In this document: positions 34,374 through 42,983 of the stretch, piece after piece
How positions within the stretch are numbered: the stretch's first letter is position 1
How the letters are laid out: every line of letters begins with the position of its first letter
NCBI GenBank assembly: GCA_963766045.1
Contig: CAVXYN010000001.1
Coordinates: 3,004 to 67,003, forward strand
DNA length: 64,000 nucleotides
Reading direction: 5' to 3'
DNA from: an uncultured Actinomycetota bacterium
GTDB taxonomy: Bacteria > Actinomycetota > Actinomycetes > Mycobacteriales > Pseudonocardiaceae
Made by a program: the position numbers and the translations under genes
The notes under the pieces: model-generated
Seen by the model: the letters and a program-made list of their open reading frames with translations, nothing else
Databases searched by the model: none
Told to the model about the DNA's origin: nothing

Positions 34374-35654
34374 ATGAGAACTCGCTTTTTGTTCGCGAGC
34401 CTCGCCCTAGGCCTGGTCGCGGGTTGCGCACCCACGCAATCCACCCCCGCCGGAAGCGGTGGTGACGAAAAGACCGGCACCGTCCGGGTCTGGCTGTTCG
34501 ACGAGGCCAGCCGCGCCCCCAAGGAAGCCGCGGTCAAGGAGGCGATCGCCGAGTTCAAGGCGGCGCATTCCGGGGTCGAGGTCGACGTCCAGTGGATCCC
34601 GGTCGAAGGCCGCGCGGACAAGTTCTCCGGTGCCTTCAACGATCCCGCCAGCGCACCGGACGTCGCGGAGTTCGGCAACACCGACGTGTCGAGCTACGCC
34701 GCCACCGGCGCGCTCGCCGACCTGACCGGTGACCTGTCGTCGTGGAAGGAAGGCTCGGACCTTCTTCCCGCGGTGCTGGAGACGGCGAAGGCGGAGGGCA
34801 AGACCTACGGCCTGCCGTGGTTCACCGGCGTGCGCGCGTTGTTCTACCGCACGGACGTCTTCACCGAACTCGGACTCAAGCCTCCGTCCACCCTGGCGGA
34901 ACTGACCGAGACGGCACGCAAGATCCGGGCCGCGAAGCCGGAGCTGTACGGCATCTCCGTCGGCGGCAAGTACACCTACGCGATGCTGCCCTTCCTGTGG
35001 GCGCACGGCGGCGAGATCGCCAAGCAGGACGGTACGAAGTGGACGTCCACTATGGACTCTGAGCAGGCGAAGGCGGGTGTCACGGCATACGCGAACCTGC
35101 TGAAGCCGGACATCTGCCCGCCGGAACAGTGCGCCAACCTCACTGGGACGCAGAGCATCCAGGCCTTCGCCGGTGGCAAGGCGGGCATGGCGATCGGCGG
35201 TGACTTCAACCGCAAGGCCGTCGAAGCCGGTCAGGTGAAGGGGAAGTACGCCATGGTCGCGCTTCCGGGCACCCAGCCGGGCAAGATCGCCCCGGCGTTC
35301 GCCGGCGGCAATCTGCTCGGCGCGTTCAATGCCGGCAAGCGCAAGGGTCTCGCGGTCGAGTTCATCGAACTCCTCGGCGGCGCCAAGTACCAGGAGAAGA
35401 TGTACACCGCCATGGGCAACCTGCCGACCCTCGGCAGTGTCCAGCAGCGCCTGGCCGCGAACGACCCGTCACTGAAGCCGTTCGTGGACACGCTCACCGC
35501 GGGCACGAAGTTCGTTCCCGCCACCCCGGCGTGGTCGAAGATCGACGCGCAGGGTGTGCTGCCGACCGCCATCCAGCAGATCGCGACCGGTGGCAAGGAC
35601 GCCACCGCCGCACTGGCCACCGCAGCAGCCGACATGAACAAGGCGTTCGGCTGA
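34374..35654 (+). CDS. ABC transporter sugar-binding lipoprotein (NgcE/DasA-like)
   Basis: A lipobox is present (LALGLVAGC). The protein is a 426-aa family-1 solute-binding protein. AAGGAG precedes the ATG. Confidence 0.85.
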   Translation: MRTRFLFASLALGLVAGCAPTQSTPAGSGGDEKTGTVRVWLFDEASRAPKEAAVKEAIAEFKAAHSGVEVDVQWIPVEGRADKFSGAFNDPASAPDVAEFGNTDVSSYAATGALADLTGDLSSWKEGSDLLPAVLETAKAEGKTYGLPWFTGVRALFYRTDVFTELGLKPPSTLAELTETARKIRAAKPELYGISVGGKYTYAMLPFLWAHGGEIAKQDGTKWTSTMDSEQAKAGVTAYANLLKPDICPPEQCANLTGTQSIQAFAGGKAGMAIGGDFNRKAVEAGQVKGKYAMVALPGTQPGKIAPAFAGGNLLGAFNAGKRKGLAVEFIELLGGAKYQEKMYTAMGNLPTLGSVQQRLAANDPSLKPFVDTLTAGTKFVPATPAWSKIDAQGVLPTAIQQIATGGKDATAALATAAADMNKAFG

Positions 35655-35659
35655 CTCTT

Positions 35660-36619
35660 ATGGTCACCAAGGACATCCCGCGCACCACGACCCCGGCCGT
35701 TCCGGCCCGCCGTGCCCCCAGGCGGCGCCGGGACGGCCGGGCCGCCCTGCTCTATCTGGCGCCGGGCGGCATTCTGCTCCTGGCGATGCTGGCGTACCCG
35801 ATCTACCAGCTCGTCCTGATCTCGTTCTACGACTACGGCCAGCCGCAGGCCGTCGGCGCCGCTCCCCTGGTCTTCCTCGGCTTCCAGAACTACGTCGACC
35901 TGCTCGAAAACGTGCAGTTCTGGGAGGTGCTCGGGAAGACCGTCGGCTTCGCCGGGGTCTGCGTCGTGGGCAGCCTGGCCGTCGGCACGGCGCTGGCCGT
36001 ACTGGCCAGCCGGGTCCGCGCGTGGGCACGGGTCCCGTTGTTCCTGGCGGCGCTCGCCGCCTGGGCGACGCCCGCGATGGCCGGGTCGTACGTCTGGCTG
36101 TTCCTGTTCGACACCGATTTCGGCCTGGTGAACGAAGTCCTGTCCGGGATCGGGTTCACCGGGATGGCGAACCACTCCTGGACCTTCAGCACGGTCGGCA
36201 CCTTCGGGCTGGTGGCCGCCGAGGTCATCTGGTGCTCGTTCCCGTTCGTCATGGTGACGATGTACGCCGGGATCAAGGGCGTCCCGGAAGAGGTGATCGA
36301 GGCCGCGCATCTCGACGGCGCGTCGACCTGGCGTACCACGTGGACGATCGTGCTGCCGATGGTGCGGCCGCTGCTGACGATCGCCACGATCCAGTCGATC
36401 ATCTGGGATTTCAAGGTCTTCACGCAGATCTACGTGATGACCAACGGCGGCGGCGTCGCGGGGCGCAACCTCGTGCTCAACGTCTTCGCATACCAACAGG
36501 CCTTCGCCGGGCAGGAATACGGGCTCGGTGCGGCCATCGGAGTCGTGATGACCTTGCTGTTGCTGTCCATCACCGGCCTTTACGTCCGGTCGCAACGACG
36601 GAGTGCGGGATGGGTATGA
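35660..36619 (+). CDS. carbohydrate ABC transporter permease
   Basis: ATG 35660 lies inside ORF 35531..36619. It is a MalF-type permease with an EAA-like loop (IEAAHLDGASTWRTTWTIVLP). Confidence 0.9.
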   Translation: MVTKDIPRTTTPAVPARRAPRRRRDGRAALLYLAPGGILLLAMLAYPIYQLVLISFYDYGQPQAVGAAPLVFLGFQNYVDLLENVQFWEVLGKTVGFAGVCVVGSLAVGTALAVLASRVRAWARVPLFLAALAAWATPAMAGSYVWLFLFDTDFGLVNEVLSGIGFTGMANHSWTFSTVGTFGLVAAEVIWCSFPFVMVTMYAGIKGVPEEVIEAAHLDGASTWRTTWTIVLPMVRPLLTIATIQSIIWDFKVFTQIYVMTNGGGVAGRNLVLNVFAYQQAFAGQEYGLGAAIGVVMTLLLLSITGLYVRSQRRSAGWV

Positions 36620-37494
36620 CAGCGACGCAGACCCGGACCAAGCCGCGTCGGGTGAAGCGCCCGGGCAGGCTGATCGCCGAGATCATCTGCGTGGTGGTCG
36701 CCGGTATGGTCGCGTTCCCGGTGTACTGGATGGTGCTTTCGGCGTTCAAACCCGCCGGGCAGATCCAGTCGGACAACCCGAGGCCGTGGACGCTCACCCC
36801 GACGCTGGAGCATTTCGAACGAGTGCTGTCCGGTGAGGGTTTCGCGCTGTTCTTCCTCAACAGCGTCATCGTGGCCGTCGTGGTGGTGGCGCTTTCGCTG
36901 CTGCTGTCGTTCCTCTCGGCGGTCGCGCTCACGAGGTTCAACTTCCGCGGCAAGACCGTGCTGCTCGTGATGGTGCTGGTCGCGCAGATGGTCCCGGTCG
37001 AGGCGCTGACGATCCCGCTGTTCTTTCTGATGCGCTCCGTCGGCGACGTCGCACCGGCGTTCGGCACCAACCACCTCGGCTCGCTGATCCTGGTGCATCT
37101 CGCGTTCAGCCTGCCGTTCGCGATCTGGATGCTGCGTGGTTTCGTCGCCGCGGTGCCGCAGGAACTCGAGGAGGCGTCGAAGATCGACGGCGCCAGCCGG
37201 ATGCGGTTCACCTGGCAGATCCTGTTCCCGCTGGTGGCGCCCGGGCTGGTGGCGATCAGCGTGCTCGCGTTCATCCACGCGTGGAACGACTTCCTGTTCG
37301 CCAAGACGTTCATCATCTCCAACACCGAGAACCAGACGCTCCCGCTGGCGATCCTGGTGTTCTTCAAACCGGAGGACACCGACTGGGGCGCGGTGATGGC
37401 GGGCTCGACCCTGATGACCATCCCGGTGCTGGTGTTCTTCATCCTTGTCCAACGGCGACTCGTGTCCGTCATGGGCGGCGCGGTGAAAGGCTGA
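36610..37494 (+). CDS. carbohydrate ABC transporter permease
   Basis: The start is ATG 36610 or 36616, overlapping the previous stop. It is a MalG-type permease (EEASKIDGASRMRFTWQILFP). Confidence 0.9.
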   Translation: MGMTATQTRTKPRRVKRPGRLIAEIICVVVAGMVAFPVYWMVLSAFKPAGQIQSDNPRPWTLTPTLEHFERVLSGEGFALFFLNSVIVAVVVVALSLLLSFLSAVALTRFNFRGKTVLLVMVLVAQMVPVEALTIPLFFLMRSVGDVAPAFGTNHLGSLILVHLAFSLPFAIWMLRGFVAAVPQELEEASKIDGASRMRFTWQILFPLVAPGLVAISVLAFIHAWNDFLFAKTFIISNTENQTLPLAILVFFKPEDTDWGAVMAGSTLMTIPVLVFFILVQRRLVSVMGGAVKG

Positions 37495-37498
37495 GCCA

Positions 37499-38905
37499 AT
37501 GCCGGGATTCGACTCGCTGCTCCCCCGCCCTGTCTCGGTGGAACCCCTGCCGGGCCACTGCGCCGCATCGTCCGAAGTCGATGTCCGGGCGGAGGCGGAT
37601 CTGCCCGCGGAGGGGTACCGGCTGGAGATCGACCCGTCCGGGGTGACCCTGCACGCGGCCGACGCGGCGGGCGCGTTCTACGGCCGTCAGACCCTGCGGC
37701 AGCTCGCCGGGCCGGACGCGTTCCGGGCGGCGTCGATCCACAGTGGACAGAACGTCGTGCCTTGCGGAGTCATCACCGACCATCCCCGATTCCGCTGGCG
37801 CGGCTGTCTGCTCGACGTCGCCCGGCACTTCCGGACCAAGGCCGAGGTGCTGCGGTTCGTCGACCTCCTCGCCGTGCACAAGCTCAACGTGCTCAACCTG
37901 CACCTGACCGACGATCAGGGTTGGCGCGTCGAGGTCCCCGGCTACCCGAAGCTGACCGAGATCGGCGGCTGGCGGCGTTCGTCGATGGTCGGGCGGCACG
38001 ACGGCCCGGAGCGCGACGGGCGGCCACACGGCGGCTTCTACACCACCGACGACCTCCGCGAGATCGTCGCGTACGCCGCCGAACGCGCGGTGACGGTCGT
38101 CCCGGAGATCGACATCCCCGGGCACGCGCGGGCCGCCATCGCGGCGTATCCCGAACTCGGCCCGCCGACAGATGAGCCGTGGGAGGTCTGGACGAGCTGG
38201 GGTATCAGCACGTCGCTGCTGAACACCGACAAGTCCACTGTGGACTTCTTCCGCACCGTTTTCGACCACGTACTAGACGTCTTCCCGTCGCGGGCGATCG
38301 CGCTGGGTGGCGACGAGGTGCCCGGTGCGACCGAGGAGCACGGCCGGTTCGTCCGTGAGATCGCCGAGCACATCACCTCGGCGGGCCGGCGCCCGTTCGG
38401 CTGGGACGAGGTACTCGAGGCCGGCGACCTGCCGGCGATGGTCATCGGCTCCTGGCAGAGCGAAGGAGCCGGTGCCCGCGCGGCCGCGGCCGGGCACGAG
38501 GTCGTCATGTGTCCCGAGGAGCGCGTCTACCTCGACCACCGGCAGTCCGACCACCTCGACGAACCGATCCCGGTCGGCTACCTGAGGACACTGGAAGGCG
38601 TCTACGGCTACGAACCGGTGCCCGCCGACTTCCCCAATGGGACAACGATTCTCGGCACGCAGGCGCAGCTGTGGACGGAGCACCTCGACACGGTGCGACG
38701 GGTGGACTACGCCGCCTTCCCCCGGCTCTGCGCGTTCGCCGAGGTGGCGTGGAGCCCGCCGGAAGGGCGGGACTACTCGGAGTTCCTGCCGCGTCTGCGG
38801 GACCACCATCTTCCCCGGCTCGACGCACTGGGTGTCGAGTACCGGCCGCTCGACGGCCCACACCCCTGGCAGATGCGCCCCGGCGTGCCCGGCCGACCCA
38901 GGTGA
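37499..38905 (+). CDS. GH20 beta-N-acetylhexosaminidase (no signal peptide)
   Basis: RFRWRGCLLDVARHF, LNVLNLHLTDDQGWR, the IDIPGH context and the catalytic pair context GGDEV are present. Confidence 0.9.
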   Translation: MPGFDSLLPRPVSVEPLPGHCAASSEVDVRAEADLPAEGYRLEIDPSGVTLHAADAAGAFYGRQTLRQLAGPDAFRAASIHSGQNVVPCGVITDHPRFRWRGCLLDVARHFRTKAEVLRFVDLLAVHKLNVLNLHLTDDQGWRVEVPGYPKLTEIGGWRRSSMVGRHDGPERDGRPHGGFYTTDDLREIVAYAAERAVTVVPEIDIPGHARAAIAAYPELGPPTDEPWEVWTSWGISTSLLNTDKSTVDFFRTVFDHVLDVFPSRAIALGGDEVPGATEEHGRFVREIAEHITSAGRRPFGWDEVLEAGDLPAMVIGSWQSEGAGARAAAAGHEVVMCPEERVYLDHRQSDHLDEPIPVGYLRTLEGVYGYEPVPADFPNGTTILGTQAQLWTEHLDTVRRVDYAAFPRLCAFAEVAWSPPEGRDYSEFLPRLRDHHLPRLDALGVEYRPLDGPHPWQMRPGVPGRPR

Positions 38906-38907
38906 GG

Positions 38908-38953
38908 CTCGTGAGCGGTAATGACGGTTCTAGCCCTCATTACCACTCACGAC
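38908..38953. repeat. Family-B palindrome copy B (degenerate)
   Basis: CTCGTGAGCGGTAATGACGGTT-CT-AGCCCTCATTACCACTCACGAC has 3 mismatches and 1 G:T pair. The stop of the minus-strand gene (38947-38949) lies in the right arm. Confidence 0.8.
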
Positions 38954-40110
38954 CAGGGTGACCACCAGCGTTCCGTACCCGGCGGCGGCCAGGTGACCTC
39001 CAGGAACCGGGGCCGGTAGATCCGCACGTCCGCCATATTGTCGCTGTGGTCGAGACTGTTGACGTTGTACGACACGATGAGCTTGCCGGGACCGCTCAGC
39101 TGGGCATGGGCCGACGCGTCGTAGACGATGACGCGTTTGCCCGGGGTCTGCGTCTCGGGCGCCTGGTACAGGACTCGCGGGTTGCCGAAAGGACCGGTCG
39201 GCGAGCTCGCGGTGTAGGCGAGCACCGTCGGGCTGAACCCCGCACTGGAGTCCACGGTGACCAGCACGTATTCGGCGCCCACCCGCGTCACCGAGAACGC
39301 GGTGCCCACGCCGGGCAACATCCGGACGCTGTCTTCCTCGTGCCGGGACCAGCCGTCACCCGTCCAGAACTCCCAGGCGCCACGGAGTCCTCCGGCCGGG
39401 ACTCGCGCGAGCCGGACGTACTTCGTCGAGAAGTCGTGCTCGGCGCCGTAGATGTAGGTGTAGCCGCCTTCTTGGAGCAGTTCCGCTCCCCAGGCGATGT
39501 TGCTGCTCACCGGGATCGAGATCAGCTCGGTCTGTTTGAGCCCGGGCAGAGTGAACCCGGCCAGTGAGGTCCCGGTGCTCCGGAAGTCGAGCCCGCCCAT
39601 CCCGGTCGCCTCGTACCGGTTGTAGAGGACCCGCAGGACGCCGCCTTCGATGACGCCGTCGGCGACCCAGCAGTATTCGGACGAACCGGGCAGCCGCACC
39701 AGCGGATCCGGGTCGTCGGCGGTGCCGCCGTGCAACGTCTCGCCGAGCGTGCCGTCCGGCTTCTGCAGCACCAGGGTGTTCCGCACCATATGGCTGGTCG
39801 GCGGTCGGCTGTGGTCGGGATTCACCGGGCCGAGGAAGGTATCCGAGAACAACCAAGCGGTACGGCCGTCCGGCAACGGCACCGAGGCTGTACGGTCACC
39901 GCCGCTCCATTGGCCGCCCTTGTTGCCGTAGCCGTTCCAGAGCTCGTTCAAGGCCACATCGGGAACGGCTATCGGCGTCGGCTCTGGACCCGGGTTCGGG
40001 ATCGGGACGGGCGGCGAGGGCATGACCGTGCACGCCGGCGCTCCACTGCCCGCCAGCACCACGGACAGGGACAACGCGGCCAGCACCGTCAGCCGCCATG
40101 CCCTTCGCAT
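38947..40110 (-). CDS. secreted protein, possibly DUF4185/DUF5005-like glycosidase fold
   Basis: ATG 40110 (MRRAWRLTVLAALSLSVVLAGSGAPA signal) lies inside ORF 38947..40221. WLFSDTFLG and the repeated beta-strand pattern suggest a propeller-type glycoside hydrolase, but this family call is weak. Confidence 0.55.
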   Translation of the reverse strand: MRRAWRLTVLAALSLSVVLAGSGAPACTVMPSPPVPIPNPGPEPTPIAVPDVALNELWNGYGNKGGQWSGGDRTASVPLPDGRTAWLFSDTFLGPVNPDHSRPPTSHMVRNTLVLQKPDGTLGETLHGGTADDPDPLVRLPGSSEYCWVADGVIEGGVLRVLYNRYEATGMGGLDFRSTGTSLAGFTLPGLKQTELISIPVSSNIAWGAELLQEGGYTYIYGAEHDFSTKYVRLARVPAGGLRGAWEFWTGDGWSRHEEDSVRMLPGVGTAFSVTRVGAEYVLVTVDSSAGFSPTVLAYTASSPTGPFGNPRVLYQAPETQTPGKRVIVYDASAHAQLSGPGKLIVSYNVNSLDHSDNMADVRIYRPRFLEVTWPPPGTERWWSPWS

Positions 40111-40241
40111 CGCACCCCCTCGTGAGGTGTCCCTGGATCGGATCATGTTAGCGGAGATCCAGACCGCTGAAATCTTTGTACGAGCCTTGTGCGGTGGGCG
40201 GTTAGCGTCCGCGGAAACCACCGCGAAAGGACCCTGACCGG

Positions 40242-41513
40242 ATGTGGAAACTGCTTTCCCTTGGTCTTCTGACAGCGCTTGTGAGCACCGGTTTCGCGAC
40301 CGCCGAAGCAGCCGAGGCGCCCAAGACGTACTACGTCGACCAGACGCTCGGCAGCGACTCCGCGAGCGGCACGTCGGATCAGACGCCGTGGAAGTCTCTG
40401 ACCAAGGTCTCCTCGACCACGCTGGCCGCCGGTGACACGGTCCTGCTGCGCCGCGGCCGCAGCTGGAGCGGCGGGCTCGCCGTCCGGGGTTCCGGTACGG
40501 CGGCCGCCCCGATCACGGTCGGTGCGTACGGCGAAGGGGCGCGCCCGGTCGTGAAGGGCAACACCGAAGCCTGCGTCGACCTGCCGGGAGACCACGTCTG
40601 GGTGCGGGATCTCCAGATCGGCGTCCCGGCCGCCGCCGGACGTTGCTCGTGGGCAGGCGTGAAGGTGACCGGCGACCACGACAAGGTGCTGTCGAACCTC
40701 ATCACCGGCGCCGGCGCGGGCGTGTTCATCGCGCCGTCGGCGGACGGCACCGAGATCACCCAGAACGACCTCGTCGACAACAACCATATGACCGTCGTGA
40801 CCCCGGGCGGCAACGACGACTCGGGCGCGTTCGCCGTTCTGGTGCACGGCAACGACTCCGACATCGGCTGGAACCGGATCAGCGGGTCGATCGCGAAGGC
40901 CGACGACTTCGGCGGCCTCGACGGCGCCGCGGTCGAGATCTTCTACGGCTCGCGCAACGTCATCCACCACAACATCTCCGAAGACAACGAGTCGTTCACC
41001 GAACTCGGCACGGACGCCAAGGATCCCGACGGCGTCTCCACCGGCAACGTCTTCGAGTACAACGCGATCTTCGGCGCCAAGACCCGCGGCGGGATCGTGA
41101 CCCGCGGTGCCGAAGACGGGAACGGACCGGTGCTCGGCACGGTGTTCCGCAACAACTCGATCCGCCTCACGAACGCCGAGTCGGAGGGTTTCGTCTGCTA
41201 CGGCGGCTGCACGAACCAGATGTTGACGATGACGCAGAACGTCGTCCAGGCCGCCTACAAGGTCGGCTACACGGACGCCACGTTCACCGCGACCGACCAC
41301 AACGTCTACTTCGGCGGTCTGCGGCAGTTCACGCCCGGAGCGTCGGACAAGGTGGCCGACCCGAAGTTCACGTCGGCCACGAACCTTGTCCTGCTGGCGG
41401 GAAGCCCGGCGATCGACCTCGGCACGACGAAGTACGACAACCTCGACGTCGACGGGAATCCGGTCTTCGCCGGAGCACGTGTCGATGCCGGTGCCTACGA
41501 ACACCAGGGCTAG
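40242..41513 (+). CDS. secreted right-handed parallel beta-helix repeat protein
   Basis: A signal peptide is present (MWKLLSLGLLTALVSTGFATAEA). Repeated N/D-rich turn motifs (ITQNDLVDNN, IHHNISEDN, FEYNAIF, FRNNSIR) are typical of the pectate-lyase-like fold. Confidence 0.6.
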   Translation: MWKLLSLGLLTALVSTGFATAEAAEAPKTYYVDQTLGSDSASGTSDQTPWKSLTKVSSTTLAAGDTVLLRRGRSWSGGLAVRGSGTAAAPITVGAYGEGARPVVKGNTEACVDLPGDHVWVRDLQIGVPAAAGRCSWAGVKVTGDHDKVLSNLITGAGAGVFIAPSADGTEITQNDLVDNNHMTVVTPGGNDDSGAFAVLVHGNDSDIGWNRISGSIAKADDFGGLDGAAVEIFYGSRNVIHHNISEDNESFTELGTDAKDPDGVSTGNVFEYNAIFGAKTRGGIVTRGAEDGNGPVLGTVFRNNSIRLTNAESEGFVCYGGCTNQMLTMTQNVVQAAYKVGYTDATFTATDHNVYFGGLRQFTPGASDKVADPKFTSATNLVLLAGSPAIDLGTTKYDNLDVDGNPVFAGARVDAGAYEHQG

Positions 41514-41520
41514 CGGAACG

Positions 41521-41563
41521 CCGTGAAGGCGTTCACGCCTTCACGGCGTGAACGCCTTCACGG
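41521..41563. repeat. Family-A-related nested palindrome between convergent genes
   Basis: CCGTGAAGGCGTTCACG-CCTTCACGG-CGTGAACGCCTTCACGG has 17-bp perfect outer arms. An alternative 11-bp hairpin is CCGTGAAGGCG-TTCA-CGCCTTCACGG. Confidence 0.85.
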
Positions 41564-41570
41564 ACCGGTG

Positions 41571-42113
41571 TCAGTTGTAGATGCGCTGCATGGCGCCGTT
41601 CGCCAGCACTCCGTTGACCCACAGCTGGTCGACCTTCGCCGACTCCGCCGAATTCGGGTTCGCGTTGGTGCAGGACGGGCCGGGGCCGCCGCCGGACATC
41701 AGCTCGGAGCACGGACCCTCGTAGTGGTCCGGCAGGCCGAGTGCGTGGCCGGTCTCGTGCGCGGCGATCCGCGTCTCGTCGTACTCCTTCGCCTGCGAGT
41801 AGTCGATGAAGATCGTGCCGCGGCCGTGGCCGTCGGTCTCGGCGTAGGAACCGGACGGGTCGTTGCCCTCGGTGTACCTGAGGGTGGCCCCCGAACATTC
41901 ATCCAACTTCACGTTCGAAACCGCGGCATTCCAGTTGGCCGCCCCTGCCGCGATCGCGGCGCGGAAGGTCGGCGCGCCCGAAGCGTCGTAGCACACGGTG
42001 GTGGCAGCCTCCGCCGTCTGCTCGGGCTGGACCGCCGACGCCTGACCGGCGGTCAACGGAACGGCGAGCAGCGCCAAACTCACCGACGCGGAAACGAAGA
42101 ATTTCCTTGCCAT
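41571..42113 (-). CDS. snapalysin-family (M7) secreted zinc metalloprotease
   Basis: 180 aa with a signal peptide and the [13 protein letters not shown] zinc motif. Confidence 0.85.
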   Translation of the reverse strand: MARKFFVSASVSLALLAVPLTAGQASAVQPEQTAEAATTVCYDASGAPTFRAAIAAGAANWNAAVSNVKLDECSGATLRYTEGNDPSGSYAETDGHGRGTIFIDYSQAKEYDETRIAAHETGHALGLPDHYEGPCSELMSGGGPGPSCTNANPNSAESAKVDQLWVNGVLANGAMQRIYN

Positions 42114-42317
42114 GGAACCAACTCCTAGTGGGGACGACGGGAACGGTCCGTGAATCTAGGAGCGGAAGACCGTGATGAGGCACCGACTTTCGTCGCTTCT
42201 CACGGCTGGTGATTTACCAACACTTTTGTCGTATTGACATGCATGTCTTCGCATACGACCATGTTCAGTTCGGCGCATGGCGCCTCGACTAGCTGTATAG
42301 GTCGTTATACAGAAGGC

Positions 42318-42983
42318 TCAGGTCTTCGGTTTGTACCAGACTTCGGGGCGGCCGACCTGGCCGTAGCGAGGTTCGCGTTGGGCGAGGCCGTTATCGGCGA
42401 GGTACTCGAGATACCGTCGCGCGGTCACCCTGGACGCGCCGATCGCGGTCGCGGCGGCCCCCGCCGACAGCCCGTCGGCGGCCGATGCGAGGACCTCGGT
42501 GATGGCCTCCAGCGTCTGCGCGCTCATCCCCTTCGGCAGCGCGGGCCGTTCGGTGGTCCGCAGCGCGCCGAGGGCGCGGTCGATCTCGGCCTGACCGGTC
42601 ACCTCGCCCGAGGCGTCGCGGAACTCCGCGTAACGCTCGAGCTTTTCGCGCAGGGACGCGAAGGTGAACGGCTTCAGCAGGTACTGCACCACGCCGACCG
42701 ACACGGCCGCCTTGACCAGCGCCAGATCCCGCGCCGAGGTCACCGCGATGACGTCGATCGGCAGCCCGGCCGCGCGCAGTGACCGGCAGACCGCGAGGCC
42801 GTGTGTGTCCGGGAGGTAGAAGTCCAGCAGCACCAGGTCGACCGGCTCGCGTTCGCAGAACCGCAATGCCTCCCCGCCGGAGTGCACCACCCCGGAAACG
42901 GTGAATCCCGCCAGCCTTTCGACGTAGACCCGGTGCGCGTCGGCGGCGACCGGCTCGTCTTCGACGACCAGTACTTTGATCAT
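42318..42983 (-). CDS. two-component response regulator (CitB/DcuR type)
   Basis: The receiver domain (MIKVLVVEDEP...LLDFYLPD...KP) is followed by a C-terminal HTH. The ATG overlaps the kinase stop. Confidence 0.9.
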   Translation of the reverse strand: MIKVLVVEDEPVAADAHRVYVERLAGFTVSGVVHSGGEALRFCEREPVDLVLLDFYLPDTHGLAVCRSLRAAGLPIDVIAVTSARDLALVKAAVSVGVVQYLLKPFTFASLREKLERYAEFRDASGEVTGQAEIDRALGALRTTERPALPKGMSAQTLEAITEVLASAADGLSAGAAATAIGASRVTARRYLEYLADNGLAQREPRYGQVGRPEVWYKPKT

